A DNA stretch of 64,000 nt from Polyangiaceae bacterium. Lineage in GTDB: Bacteria; Myxococcota_A; Polyangia; Polyangiales; Polyangiaceae. The notes below the pieces were generated by a model, which did not search any database, was not told the DNA's origin, and saw only the letters and a list, made by a program, of their open reading frames with translations. The DNA lies in assembly GCA_965222375.1 (NCBI GenBank), contig CBDCTZ010000012.1, forward strand, positions 544,001-608,000, given 5' to 3'. A program made the position numbers and the translations under genes. Below, piece by piece: positions 17,500 through 27,794 of the stretch (position 1 is the first letter of the stretch; each line of letters begins with the position of its first letter).

Positions 17500-18636
17500 T
17501 CAACCTTCGTCCAGGTCGGTAGCCTCGGACTCGATGGCTTCGGCGAAGGAGGTTCGCTCCCGGCTCAGGGCCCAAACAGCGGCCCCGGCAGTCACCAACA
17601 GCTGCCCGACGTACAGTAGAAAAACATACGCTGAGCCGGCCCCGGTGACGACTTCCGGTTGGAAGTAGATGGCCAGGGCGGCGTAGACGGAGACCTGAAA
17701 CGCTCCGAAGAACCCCGGCGCGTTTGGCAGCAGGATCCCGAGGGCCAAGACTCCCGTCACGACCGCGGAATGCCAGAACGTCATTCCAGTGAGCCCGGCG
17801 CCCCATGCCAGCACCCAGCCGGCCGCGGCATTCAGCAGCCAGTACGCCAGCGTTGCTGCGACGAAGTATCCGGTTTCACGAGCTCGCGGCAGAAACGACA
17901 GTCCACTCGCCACTTTTTCGACGCGCTCCGACAGCCAGTTCGCAAGCCGCGGAGAGAGCCACGCCACGGACCAGGCGACCAGCCGCCGAGCGAGTTCGCG
18001 TTTTGCGAAGAACAAGCCCATCGCCACGAAGGCGCCGCCAAAAAGTATCAAGGCCGCGTAAGTGGCTGCAGGTACCACGGACGCGGGGATGGGCAGTTCG
18101 CCGATCTTGTCTGGAAGCGGGTCCAAGGGTTCGCTGACGAGCAGCGCCACCCACAACATTAGCGTGAGCACTAGCCCGTCGATGACACGCTCCGCGGCAA
18201 TGGTTCCGGTTGCTGCCCAACCAGAAAGCGTGCCCTTGCGTCGGATCATGACCGGTCGCACCATTTCACCCGATCGGAATGGCAGCAACACGATGGCCAG
18301 GAAACCGATGAAGGACACGTCGATCACTCGACCGCGTGGAACCTCGGCCAGCGGTGCAAGCAACCATTGCCAGCGAACGGCTCGGATCCAATGGACCACG
18401 CTCCAAAGACCCAGGTACACGCCGAAAGTCCACCAGCGCACTCCAGCCAGGGCGTTCGCTTTGGGAACGATGGGTAGCGCCCCGGCGTTCAGCAGCCATA
18501 CGAATGCGCCGCCGATGAGGAGGCTCAACAGAAGCTTGCCGCGGTGACGACTCAGCCAGCTGCCATGGGCGGTGGATGCAGACGGCGGCGACAGCTCGCC
18601 TTCGCCACCTCGAGTGCTATCGACGTCACTACTCAC
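17500..18636 (-). CDS. Lysylphosphatidylglycerol-synthase TM / flippase-like (UPF0104, AglD2-like) membrane protein
   Basis: RAVRWQWLL, LPFRSGEMVRP, ERVIDG, P.APGFFG.F motifs; multiple TMs. Confidence 0.85.
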   Translation of the reverse strand: MSSDVDSTRGGEGELSPPSASTAHGSWLSRHRGKLLLSLLIGGAFVWLLNAGALPIVPKANALAGVRWWTFGVYLGLWSVVHWIRAVRWQWLLAPLAEVPRGRVIDVSFIGFLAIVLLPFRSGEMVRPVMIRRKGTLSGWAATGTIAAERVIDGLVLTLMLWVALLVSEPLDPLPDKIGELPIPASVVPAATYAALILFGGAFVAMGLFFAKRELARRLVAWSVAWLSPRLANWLSERVEKVASGLSFLPRARETGYFVAATLAYWLLNAAAGWVLAWGAGLTGMTFWHSAVVTGVLALGILLPNAPGFFGAFQVSVYAALAIYFQPEVVTGAGSAYVFLLYVGQLLVTAGAAVWALSRERTSFAEAIESEATDLDEG

Positions 18637-19361
18637 TCGGGGACTTGTCCTTCCAAGAGGGAAAGCGGCCCGTCGCGAAACAGAAACTCGATTTCCTCGG
18701 AACCGTAGCGGCTCTCGATCTCACGCATGCCCGCTAGGACGGCCTCGACGTCCGCCGGGCGGTGCGCGTCGCTACAAGCCCCGTGGTAAAGGCCCATATC
18801 CAGTAGTTCTTCCGCCGTCTGTTTTGCGCGTCGGCCATACTTGCCGCTGAAGGCCGCAGCATCCAGTAACGCGGCGGCTCCCGCATCCACCAAGCGCTCC
18901 AAGATCTCCTTGGAACGCCATATCGCTCGATAGCGTTCTGGGTGCGCGATCACGGGGAGGAGTCGTTTCTTTGCGCGAATGTCGGATAGACGATGATCGA
19001 TCATGGGAGGGAAATCGATCTCATAGAACTCGAGAAGCACTGCTTTGCCACCAGGGTAGGGGAGCCCTTGATCGTTCATCAAGCGTTCGAAGATGACGTC
19101 GTCGAAGTAGTGCTCGCTGCTCAATTCCAGCTTGGGGACCGTGTTGTCGTTCGGGACGGCCCGGCGCATGGCTTCGTAGGCCTCGCGAAGCTCCTCTCGT
19201 GAATTATTAAAAAGCCCCGGCCGCATGTGGGGCGTGGCGATGACGCGATCGAAGCCCGCGGCGCGCAGTGCCCGCAGCAGTTCGACGCCCTCCTGGGGAG
19301 TGCGTGCGCCGTCATCGATGCCCGCAATGAAGTGACAGTGCAGGTCTACATATCCGCGCAT
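18633..19361 (-). CDS. PHP-family protein tyrosine phosphatase (CpsB/CapC/YwqE-like)
   Basis: DLHCH...DDG, ATPH, IAHPERY, SDAH motifs. Confidence 0.92.
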   Translation of the reverse strand: MRGYVDLHCHFIAGIDDGARTPQEGVELLRALRAAGFDRVIATPHMRPGLFNNSREELREAYEAMRRAVPNDNTVPKLELSSEHYFDDVIFERLMNDQGLPYPGGKAVLLEFYEIDFPPMIDHRLSDIRAKKRLLPVIAHPERYRAIWRSKEILERLVDAGAAALLDAAAFSGKYGRRAKQTAEELLDMGLYHGACSDAHRPADVEAVLAGMREIESRYGSEEIEFLFRDGPLSLLEGQVPE

Positions 19362-19448
19362 GCCGGTAGCCTATACCTTCTGTGGGGCCCAAGGGCCCGG
19401 ACTTGCTCGAGCCGCCGCCCAACGAGGCCGAGCAGACGGCGAACTCGC

Positions 19449-19889
19449 CTAGGCTCGTGCCGTGAGGCGTTCGGTCAAGATGCGCTCGCAGCCTTCCGCG
19501 GCGCGTTTCAGAGCGGCCTCTCGCCCAATCCCGCCGCCGCTGCCCGTCAGCAAGACTTCCACTCCGTCAATGCTCAGGCGACGGACTTCGGTGCGTCGCA
19601 CGATGACGTCAAGACGGGTTGGCACGACGTCATTGGCTGGGTTCAGACCGCCGCCGAGAGGTGCGATGGCGGCCAGTTCTTCGCATCGCTCCCAACGCCC
19701 AGCGCCAGCCACGAGTACCCCGGATGCGTCGGATACCGCGACGGCTTCAAGCTGGCCATCTCGGCGCGCCGCGTCCAGAAGTCGATTGAGTGCGAGCAGG
19801 ATATCGCCTCGGCGCTGCCTTCGTCGTTCGGATTGTGGAGACGCAAACCACACGGTGGTCCTTTGCCAGAGTGCGAGCAGCTGGGCCAA
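19449..19889 (-). CDS. Hypothetical protein, possible Roadblock/LAMTOR2-like fold
   Basis: Helix, then LEAVAVSDASGVLVAG, helix EELAAIA, beta-strands and a final helix; start uncertain. Confidence 0.5.
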   Translation of the reverse strand: MAQLLALWQRTTVWFASPQSERRRQRRGDILLALNRLLDAARRDGQLEAVAVSDASGVLVAGAGRWERCEELAAIAPLGGGLNPANDVVPTRLDVIVRRTEVRRLSIDGVEVLLTGSGGGIGREAALKRAAEGCERILTERLTARA

Positions 19890-19945
19890 ATTTTCTGAGG
19901 GGGATTTGCCTCCGCGAGAGGAGCAGGCTACACGCGCGCCGGCCC

Positions 19946-21088
19946 ATGACCATCGCTACCCTGCAGCCGCTGTTAGACACACACCGAGTGGTGTTGTGCG
20001 TCGGTTCTGGTGGTGTTGGCAAGACGACGGTGACTGCGGCGCTGGGGCTCGCAGCGGCGCAGAGAGGCAAACGTGTGCTCTGCCTCACCATAGATCCCGC
20101 ACGCCGATTGGCGAACAGCCTAGGGCTCGAGCGAATGACCAGCGAGGCGACGCGAGTCGAGCCCCGTCACTTCGAGAAACATGGCCTGACCGTTCCGGGC
20201 AACCTCACAGTGATGATGCTCGATACGAAACGCACCTTCGACGAGTTGGTGGTTCGGCACGCATCCAGCCCCGCGGCTCGCGACCGCATACTCCAAAACA
20301 AGTTGTACCAATACGTCTCCACGAGCCTAGCCGGGACTCAAGAGTACATGGCGATGGAGAAACTCCTGGCGGTGAAGGAAGACGCCGACTTTGATCTGAT
20401 TGTGCTCGACACGCCTCCCACCAGCAACGCTCTCGACTTTCTGGATGCGCCGGAGCGGCTGATCGGCGCGCTGGATAGCGCGGCCATGCGTTGGCTGATC
20501 CAATCCGTGGAGTCCAGCGGTCGTTTCAGTTTGAATCTGCTGGCCAAGAGCGTCGCTGTCGTCTTGCGCGGAATTGGGCGTCTGACCGGGGGCGGGTTTC
20601 TTGAGCAGATGGCAGGTTTCGTCACGGATCTGAACGACTTGTTCGGCGGTTTCCGCCAGCGCGCGGAACAAGTCTCCGCCGCCTTTCGTGGGGGCGAATT
20701 CGCGTACATCATGGTGACCACGCCAGCGCCAGCGGCGATCCGTGAGGCCCTGTATTTCGCTGACCGGCTCAAGTCGTCAGGCATGCGCCGTGACGCATTC
20801 GTGGTCAATCGCGTGCATCGGCCGCCTCCCCCACGACCTACCGTGGACCAAGTATCCGAAGCCATGCGAGCCCACAATCTAAGCCTAGGCCACGGTGTTT
20901 CCGAGCGGCTTCTGGCTGCCCTGGATGACGAGGGGGCCCGTGCGGCGGTGGATGCGAAAAACCTCGAACTGATCGAAAACGAGGTGAACGACTCGCTAGT
21001 TCGAGTCGAGGTCCCGGCGCTGCCCAGCGACGTACACGATTTGGGCACTTTGGCCGGGATTTCGGCGCTGCTGTGTCCGCCCTCTTGA
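19946..21088 (+). CDS. Single-domain ArsA/GET3-family ATPase
   Basis: GSGGVGKTT P-loop, TIDPA switch I, DTPPT switch II, VVNR; ATG at 19946. Confidence 0.9.
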   Translation: MTIATLQPLLDTHRVVLCVGSGGVGKTTVTAALGLAAAQRGKRVLCLTIDPARRLANSLGLERMTSEATRVEPRHFEKHGLTVPGNLTVMMLDTKRTFDELVVRHASSPAARDRILQNKLYQYVSTSLAGTQEYMAMEKLLAVKEDADFDLIVLDTPPTSNALDFLDAPERLIGALDSAAMRWLIQSVESSGRFSLNLLAKSVAVVLRGIGRLTGGGFLEQMAGFVTDLNDLFGGFRQRAEQVSAAFRGGEFAYIMVTTPAPAAIREALYFADRLKSSGMRRDAFVVNRVHRPPPPRPTVDQVSEAMRAHNLSLGHGVSERLLAALDDEGARAAVDAKNLELIENEVNDSLVRVEVPALPSDVHDLGTLAGISALLCPPS

Positions 21089-21096
21089 AGCTGGAC

Positions 21097-22416
21097 TCAG
21101 TCTTCACGCCGCTTGTTCCGGTAGTGTACGACGATGGGAACAGCCTCGAAGCCGAAGGACTTGCGAAGCTGATTGATCACGAACCGCTTGTAGCTCTTGT
21201 CGATACTGGCGGGAGCGCTGGTCATCGCCGCGAAGATAGGTGGGGCGGTTTCCACTTGAGCCACATAGTAGATTCGTGGGGCCTTGCCGCCGCGTATCGG
21301 CGGCGGGCGTTCGGCAAGCACCTGCTCGAAGAAACGGTTGAGTTCGGCGGTTGCCACACGCTTCTTGAATTGCTCGGCGGCATCTGCCACCGAACCCAGC
21401 AGCTCCTTGACGCCCTTTCCGGTCTTTGCCGAAAGCCCGACAATAGGAGAGAAACTTGCAAAGCGAGTGGCATGGCGTGCATCGGCCAGAGCCTCTTTGG
21501 CGTGTTTCTTCGACAACTGGTCCATCTTGTTGAGTCCAATGACAATCCCTCGCCGTCGGTCGATGCACAGGCCTGCGAGGCGGGCATCCTGTTCTGCGAG
21601 TCCCTCCGTCGCATCGACCATCAGAATCACTATTTGCGCGCGCTCGATACTTCGAATTGCGCGCAGCACGCTCGCCGCCTCCACCCCACGGTCGACCTTG
21701 GACTTGCGACGAATCCCCGCCGTGTCGACGAGAACGAATTGCTGCCCCGCCAGGCTCACTACGGAATCAATGGGATCTCGTGTGGTTCCGGGGCGCGCGT
21801 CGACCAAAGAACGCTCTGCGCCGCTCAAGCGATTGAAAAGGGAGGACTTCCCGGCGTTGGGCCGACCGAGTAGTGCCACGCGAGTCAAGCCGTCGGTTTC
21901 AGCTGCGGGCTTTTCGTCCGCTTCCGGCAACGCGGTCCGCATGCGCCGCTCGAGGTCCGCCAGTCCCCGCCCATGGAGACCGGAAATGGTGATCAGCTCA
22001 CCGACGCCCAGCTCGTAGAGTTCTGACGCGCTCACTTCTTGAGCCGCCGTATCCGCCTTGTTCGCGACGTAAATGACGGGCTTTTCGCTTCGTCGTAGCA
22101 GATCCACGGCTTCTCGATCTGCTGGGAGGGGGCTTTGGGTCGCGTCCAGCACGCAGACGATGATGTCTGCCTCGTCAATGGCCGCCATCACGTGGCGAGC
22201 GATTCCCAATCCCATCGGATCGTCGGTGTCCGGATCGAACCCTCCGGTATCAACGACTACGACGTCGCGCCCCGCCAAGTGCGCGTCCGCGTAGTGCCGG
22301 TCTCGGGTCACTCCGGGTTGGTCGTGCACGATCGCCAGGCGCTTGCCAGCAAAGCGATTGAACAGCGTGCTCTTGCCCACGTTCGGGCGGCCGACGATGG
22401 CCACGATCGGTCGCAT
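21097..22416 (-). CDS. der: Ribosome biogenesis GTPase Der (EngA)
   Basis: Two GTPase domains (GRPNVGKS/DTGG/NKAD; GRPNAGKS/DTAG/NKMD) plus KH-like tail; TGATG coupling with era. Confidence 0.97.
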   Translation of the reverse strand: MRPIVAIVGRPNVGKSTLFNRFAGKRLAIVHDQPGVTRDRHYADAHLAGRDVVVVDTGGFDPDTDDPMGLGIARHVMAAIDEADIIVCVLDATQSPLPADREAVDLLRRSEKPVIYVANKADTAAQEVSASELYELGVGELITISGLHGRGLADLERRMRTALPEADEKPAAETDGLTRVALLGRPNAGKSSLFNRLSGAERSLVDARPGTTRDPIDSVVSLAGQQFVLVDTAGIRRKSKVDRGVEAASVLRAIRSIERAQIVILMVDATEGLAEQDARLAGLCIDRRRGIVIGLNKMDQLSKKHAKEALADARHATRFASFSPIVGLSAKTGKGVKELLGSVADAAEQFKKRVATAELNRFFEQVLAERPPPIRGGKAPRIYYVAQVETAPPIFAAMTSAPASIDKSYKRFVINQLRKSFGFEAVPIVVHYRNKRRED

Positions 22417-23381
22417 CAGCTTTCCGTCGGCTCTTGCTCTTCTTGGGGAAGTTCCGGGACTGGTGCGTCCGAGGCTTCGTAGCCGAGTTCCGACAGCTGA
22501 CGAGGAACGTGTTTCCATTGCGGAGTTACGCGAACGAATAGCTCGAGGTGCACGCGCCGTTCTGTCAAGGCTTCGATGCGATGGCGCGCAGCGGTGCCAA
22601 TGGCCTTGATGGTCTCTCCGCCACGCCCGATCAAAATGCGCTGTTGCCCTGCTTTCTCGACGTGAATCGTGGCGCGAATCACCAGTCGTGCCTGGTTTTC
22701 GTCGACGGATTCGACGCTCACCGCGACCGCATGAGGAACTTCGCGCCGCGTGTGTTCCAAGACTTGTTCTCGAACGTACTCGCGGATGAAGAACACCGTG
22801 GGTCGATTGGTGATTTCATCGCTCTCGAAAGCGGCGGGGCCATCGGGAAGGTGACAGGCGATCAACGCCAGGACGCGGTCGACGCCATCTTGCTTCCGCA
22901 TGCTTACGGGGACGATTTCTTGAAAATCAAATCGCTCCGAGTAAGTCTGAAGGACTGGCAGCAGCTTGTCCTTGTTACGCCAAAGGTCGACTTTGTTCAC
23001 TACGAGGATCGCCGGTGTGCTGGCCGAGAGCAGCTGAAAGACGGGTTCGTCGCGGGCGAGTAAGCCACCCGGTGCGCCAGGAGACTTGGGCAAGTCGGTC
23101 ATCATTACGATGAGGTCGGCGCCTCGGGCAGCGTCGACGGCTGTGGCATTCATTCGCCGCCCGAGTTCCGAGCGCGGCCGATGTAGCCCGGGGGTGTCCA
23201 GGAACGCGATCTGACAGTCTGGAAGATGAGCGATTCCGAGCAATGCGTCTCGGGTGGTTTGAGGCACATGCGAAACGATCGCGAGCGGCTCGCCAAGGGC
23301 GGCATTGAGAAACGTCGACTTGCCGACGTTGGAGCGCCCGACCAGGGCGACGCTTCCGAAACGCATGAGGCGGCGGAGCAT
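22416..23381 (-). CDS. era: GTPase Era
   Basis: GRSNVGKST, PQTTR, DTPG, NKVD, KH domain (IGRGG..IK.IG); alternative start 23366. Confidence 0.96.
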   Translation of the reverse strand: MLRRLMRFGSVALVGRSNVGKSTFLNAALGEPLAIVSHVPQTTRDALLGIAHLPDCQIAFLDTPGLHRPRSELGRRMNATAVDAARGADLIVMMTDLPKSPGAPGGLLARDEPVFQLLSASTPAILVVNKVDLWRNKDKLLPVLQTYSERFDFQEIVPVSMRKQDGVDRVLALIACHLPDGPAAFESDEITNRPTVFFIREYVREQVLEHTRREVPHAVAVSVESVDENQARLVIRATIHVEKAGQQRILIGRGGETIKAIGTAARHRIEALTERRVHLELFVRVTPQWKHVPRQLSELGYEASDAPVPELPQEEQEPTES

Positions 23382-23571
23382 AGCGCGAGTGGCACTTTCG
23401 CCTAGGGCACTGAGCGTCGAGGCTCAGCACTGGCGCTTTTGTCCCGGGTTGGCTGCACGGAAATGGTCGTCCGCCGTGTTCAATGAGGTGTCGATCCTGC
23501 CCAGGGAACTCGCGGGGATCCTGCCCAGAGCTTGTGCTGACACCCGTCGATGTTCTACTCAGGCGAGGTCT

Positions 23572-26091
23572 ATGGCGACGGCAGCCAGTCCGAACTCAAC
23601 AACGAGCGACGCGGAACCCACGCGCCGCTCCACCACGCTCGGGCGCTGGTTGCTGCCCGGGGTCGTGGTTGGTGCCGCTGTGGCGAGCCTATTCGGCCCG
23701 ATCAGGTCGAGCGGGATCTGGGATCCTCACGAACTCGCGGTAGCCGATCTGTCGAGGCGAATTGCCCTGACGCTCCTGGGTGGGGGGCAAGAGCTTGCTC
23801 TCGAGGGGGGGCCAAACGACGTTCCGACTCTAGGCGATCTGGCTCGGGGTCAGCTTCCGTTCACCTCGGTTGCACTCGGCTTTCGCCTGCTCGGGTTGCA
23901 CGAGTGGGCGGGGCGCCTGCCCCTGGCGCTGTGGGGAGCGCTTGGCGCCGCCGCAGTCTACCTCTTGGTGTCACGCCTGGCTGATCGCGTGGCGGGGGCG
24001 TTCTCGGTACTCGCTCTCGTGACTATGCCGCTGTACTTCCTGCATGCCCGCACGATGCTCGGGGACATCGTGGCCATGAGCGCCGTGGCGATCGCCACCT
24101 TGGGTTTCGCGCTGGCGCTGTTCGATGACCGGGCCACCAACCTGCGGCGCAGCGTCTGGATGCTCATCGGTCTGCTCGGCGCCGCCGCCGGCTACGGCAC
24201 CCGGGGGGCTTTGATCGGCGTGTCGATTCCCGCCCTAGGTGTCGGTTGCGCCTATCTCGTCGCGCGGCCGCGTCAGTGTTCGGCCTATGCTCGAAGTCTC
24301 GCTTGGCCATTGCTCCTTTTGGGGGTAGCGGCCTTTTGGCTGGGGGTGCGCGCTTTGGGCCAAGCGGAGGCAGATCCCACGCGCTTTCTGGCAACCGTGG
24401 GCGCGAACGTCGCTCCGCCCAGGAAGATGCCCACCCACGACGCGGTGATTCACTACTTGGGTCACGGGCTCTTTCCTTGGAGCGCGGTGATCCCCTTTTG
24501 CATTGGTCGGGTCTTCAGAGCGCCCCCGCAAGCGTCCCCTGCGGAGATGGATCGTCAAGCCGCGCTCCGCGCGGTGTTGATCATGGTTGCCGCCGTCGCT
24601 CTCTTCGTCCACGGGTTCTTGGCACCCAAAGTCGGCATGTTGCCTTTCGTTGGGGTCTGCGCCCTAGCGGGAATCGTTGGGTTGGCGTTCCGGGACTATG
24701 AACGGGGTGCGCCAGCGTCGCGCGCCCTGGCGATGGGCGTCGCGGCCATCGCCATCCTTCTGTACACGGACTTCAAGAACTTCCCAGACAAGGGCCTGAG
24801 CGCCTTTGTAGTGGAAGGCGCGCGCTTTCCCGATAGCTTCAAGGAAGCTGCCACTCGCTTGATCAAATACGGAACCGTTGCCATGAGCGCGGTCTTTTTT
24901 GCGGCCTTCCTGGAGCGCTCGTCGGATTCGCGCCGCCTGCGCTGGGACGAGATACGTGGCTACTTCACGGCATTGCGAACGACGGCCGGGGGCAATGTGT
25001 GGTTCACGGTCGTCGTGGCCGAGGCTGGGCTGATTGGGTATGCGGTACTCGCGTTCTTGTCTGCGAAATACTTCCACTGGAAGCAGTTCGCGGGCATGAG
25101 CCCCGCCGCCCGGCAAGTGGCAGCCTACGGCTACCTCGCACTGCCCGTGCTCGTGCTCGTGGTGCCACCGTTGCTGATGCTGGCCAGGGATGGCGCTCGT
25201 GCGCTCCTGGATTGGCTGCCCATCCCCCGCGCCAGGGTGGCGCTGCTTTCGGTGGTGGCTTTCGGTGGGGTGATGAGCCTGCGCTACTATCCCGCCCTGG
25301 CCGCGCAGATTTCCCCAAAGGAGGTGTTCGACGCCTACCGACGCCTCGCGAAACCTGGGGAGCGCCTTGCAATCCTCGGGGTGGGCTCAGGCAGCGCCAA
25401 TTACTATGCGGGCAGAGACGCGCCGAGCTTCGCGAATGCCCCGCAAGCCTTCGAGTGGCTGATGGCGGGAGGCCAAGATCGCCGCTGGCTCGTGTTGCGA
25501 GCGTCGGACCTTCCTCAGCTCAACAGCTCGTTTCGCAATCGCACGACACCTCGGCAGAACCTCCCGGTCCTGGACGCGCGTTCGAGCGAGATTTTGCTCG
25601 CATCCAATCGGTTGTCGGAAAACCAGAAGAACGAAAACCCCTTCGATGAATGGCTGCTGAGCACGCCTCCAACGCCCACCCGCACGTTGCCTCACAACTT
25701 GGGTGGTCAGTTGGACGTGATTGGCTGGGACGTGACGACTCGTGATGGGCGCCCGGTGCCGGCCGTCGTTCCGCGCCAGCCCTACGACTTCCGAATCTAC
25801 TACAAGGTGGTGTCGGCAATCTCTGGCAATTGGGAGACCTTCATCCACATCGACGGTTTTCAACGGCGCTACAACGGCGACCACAAGACCCTCGAAGGTC
25901 GCTACCCCTTCCACTTGTGGAAAACCGGCGACTACGTCGTCGACGTTCACCCCTTCATGCTCGAACCCAACTTCACTCCCGGGGACTACTCGGTGTTCTT
26001 CGGCCTCTACATTGGCAACCGCCGGCTTGATGTGAAGCGCGGCAAACACAATGACAATCGCGTGGTGGCGGGCCATTTGCGGGTGGAATGA
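23572..26091 (+). CDS. GT-C (ArnT/GT39-like) integral membrane glycosyltransferase with C-terminal soluble beta-domain
   Basis: WDPHE loop, LLGLHEWAGRLP, HARTMLGD, many TMs, C-terminal FIHIDG...GDH...W..GD.V.D domain. Confidence 0.8.
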   Translation: MATAASPNSTTSDAEPTRRSTTLGRWLLPGVVVGAAVASLFGPIRSSGIWDPHELAVADLSRRIALTLLGGGQELALEGGPNDVPTLGDLARGQLPFTSVALGFRLLGLHEWAGRLPLALWGALGAAAVYLLVSRLADRVAGAFSVLALVTMPLYFLHARTMLGDIVAMSAVAIATLGFALALFDDRATNLRRSVWMLIGLLGAAAGYGTRGALIGVSIPALGVGCAYLVARPRQCSAYARSLAWPLLLLGVAAFWLGVRALGQAEADPTRFLATVGANVAPPRKMPTHDAVIHYLGHGLFPWSAVIPFCIGRVFRAPPQASPAEMDRQAALRAVLIMVAAVALFVHGFLAPKVGMLPFVGVCALAGIVGLAFRDYERGAPASRALAMGVAAIAILLYTDFKNFPDKGLSAFVVEGARFPDSFKEAATRLIKYGTVAMSAVFFAAFLERSSDSRRLRWDEIRGYFTALRTTAGGNVWFTVVVAEAGLIGYAVLAFLSAKYFHWKQFAGMSPAARQVAAYGYLALPVLVLVVPPLLMLARDGARALLDWLPIPRARVALLSVVAFGGVMSLRYYPALAAQISPKEVFDAYRRLAKPGERLAILGVGSGSANYYAGRDAPSFANAPQAFEWLMAGGQDRRWLVLRASDLPQLNSSFRNRTTPRQNLPVLDARSSEILLASNRLSENQKNENPFDEWLLSTPPTPTRTLPHNLGGQLDVIGWDVTTRDGRPVPAVVPRQPYDFRIYYKVVSAISGNWETFIHIDGFQRRYNGDHKTLEGRYPFHLWKTGDYVVDVHPFMLEPNFTPGDYSVFFGLYIGNRRLDVKRGKHNDNRVVAGHLRVE

Positions 26092-26159
26092 GCTCGGGGA
26101 ATGGCGCAAATCCCGGCTGCTGCCCCTGCGGTGCCCATTCGGGGTGACAGGCTGCAAGA

Positions 26160-26570
26160 TTGGAGTTACGCCAAGGGAGCGTGGGCGACGGGGAAGAACT
26201 GGAAGAGAAAAGCGAGGACGATCGCCGAGCGGCGGATCGAGTGGACGTGGTCTGGTCGGTAGACTGCGAGACCGAGGACACTTTTCTCTACGCATCTATT
26301 ACGAACATCTCCGAACTCGGGATCTTCGTGCGCACGCAGCAGCCCCTGATGGTAGGCACCGAGCTAACGCTCCGGTTCGCACCGCCTGGGGTTGCTGAGC
26401 CCTTCGTGCTCACGGGCGTCGTCCAGTGGGTCAATCCCCTGAAGGTGCTCGCGGAGAACTTGAACCCGGGCATGGGCGTGCGTTTCGTTGGTCTCACGGC
26501 GGAGCACCGCGAGCGAATCGTGGAGGCGATCCACACGATTGCCTACGTGCGCGAGGTGGCGAAGAACTGA
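26160..26570 (+). CDS. PilZ-domain protein (myxobacterial TIGR02266 type)
   Basis: DRRAADR (RxxxR), NISELGIFV (D/NxSxxG), G.V.W, PGMGVRF. Confidence 0.88.
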   Translation: MELRQGSVGDGEELEEKSEDDRRAADRVDVVWSVDCETEDTFLYASITNISELGIFVRTQQPLMVGTELTLRFAPPGVAEPFVLTGVVQWVNPLKVLAENLNPGMGVRFVGLTAEHRERIVEAIHTIAYVREVAKN

Positions 26571-26589
26571 TTCGCCATTGGTCGCGGCG

Positions 26590-27708
26590 TCAGAAAGCCT
26601 GGTCGCTTCCTGATGCCTTCGGTTTGGCAGCGGGTTTGGCCTTGGGTGCGGGCCGTTTCGGTGCTGCCTTCGCTTTGGGGCCAACCGCGCCGCCAACTGG
26701 CGGGGCTGCTGCTGCGCGCTTGGCTGCCACGCGATCGCCAGTTTCCAAAGATGCCAAGGCGAGCTGGGCGCGTTGCCCATAACCTGGAACATCCAACAAC
26801 TGAGTGTAGGAGCGGCGCGCGTCATCCATTCGACCCAAGGCTCGATAGCAATCCGCAGCCTGCCAGGTCGCTTCGTGCCCGATTCCACCGCCGCGGAAAC
26901 GCGAACTCACCGCTTCGAAACGCGGCGCTGCCTGACTGCAGCCCGCGGACTTTCGGATGGCTTGGCCTGCGAAAAGCGCTGCGGATGCCGCTTGAGGCCC
27001 GCCTTTACTCGCTACAGCATCGAAGTCTTTGACGGCGTCGGCGTAGCGGGCCGCTCGGTAGGCCTCCATGCCCCGGTCGTAGGTTCCGTCGCTGCCGGCG
27101 TCGGCGTCAAGCTGGTCTACTTGTGCCCTGCGGCTTCTGTTCTTGTCCGCCTCGCCTGGGCTGGGCGCCTCCGCGAACTCGGAGTCCGAGACGCCCCCTC
27201 GACTCTCCTTCTTCGCCCGTCCGAGCTTCACACCGTGAGCTTCGGCAGCCGTGTCGCTCGCCACCTTCTCGGGTACAGGCACGATCGCGACGGACTCACC
27301 TTCGGATTCCGGAACTCCACGTTCAGTGACCTGCACACTCTCGCGATCGCCCGGCTTCGCTCGCAATAGCAGCAGGCTGGTGCCCAGCATGAGCAGCAGG
27401 AGGGCGGCCATGGCAAGTTGTGGCCGCATGGCGTACCCGGCCAATATCGATACTCCGCGGCCCATGCGTTTGCGAAGGGGGAGCCGCGCGTGCGCAGCGC
27501 GCTCCGCCTCCAGGATGCGCGCCTCCAGATCGGGAGGAGGCTCTAGAATGGGTAGCACTCCAACCGCGCGGGTCGCGCGCATCTCCGAGTTGATTTCGCG
27601 GCAGCGGGAGCAATGTTCGATGTGGCGCTTCGCCGCGGCGCTCGTCAGCTCATCCAGCTCGTCGTAGAGCAGGTCGAGTGCAATGCGGTCGAAACGTTCG
27701 CAGTCCAC
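26590..27708 (-). CDS. Anti-sigma factor (zf-HC2/ZAS) with TM and C-terminal TPR domain
   Basis: C...HIEHCSRC (HxxxCxxC), TM AMAALLLLMLG, TPR-like C-terminus; directly downstream of the ECF sigma gene. Confidence 0.88.
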   Translation of the reverse strand: MDCERFDRIALDLLYDELDELTSAAAKRHIEHCSRCREINSEMRATRAVGVLPILEPPPDLEARILEAERAAHARLPLRKRMGRGVSILAGYAMRPQLAMAALLLLMLGTSLLLLRAKPGDRESVQVTERGVPESEGESVAIVPVPEKVASDTAAEAHGVKLGRAKKESRGGVSDSEFAEAPSPGEADKNRSRRAQVDQLDADAGSDGTYDRGMEAYRAARYADAVKDFDAVASKGGPQAASAALFAGQAIRKSAGCSQAAPRFEAVSSRFRGGGIGHEATWQAADCYRALGRMDDARRSYTQLLDVPGYGQRAQLALASLETGDRVAAKRAAAAPPVGGAVGPKAKAAPKRPAPKAKPAAKPKASGSDQAF

Positions 27709-27794
27709 GACTCAAGGACCTCCGGAAGAACCTGAAAATGCCCTGATTTCGTGGGCGAATGCTGTCGCAGCGTAGACCAACATGTGGGAACTCT

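Noticed and set aside
19946..21088. Arsenic-resistance ArsA
   Set aside because: Single domain, no arsR/B/C/D context, variant P-loop.
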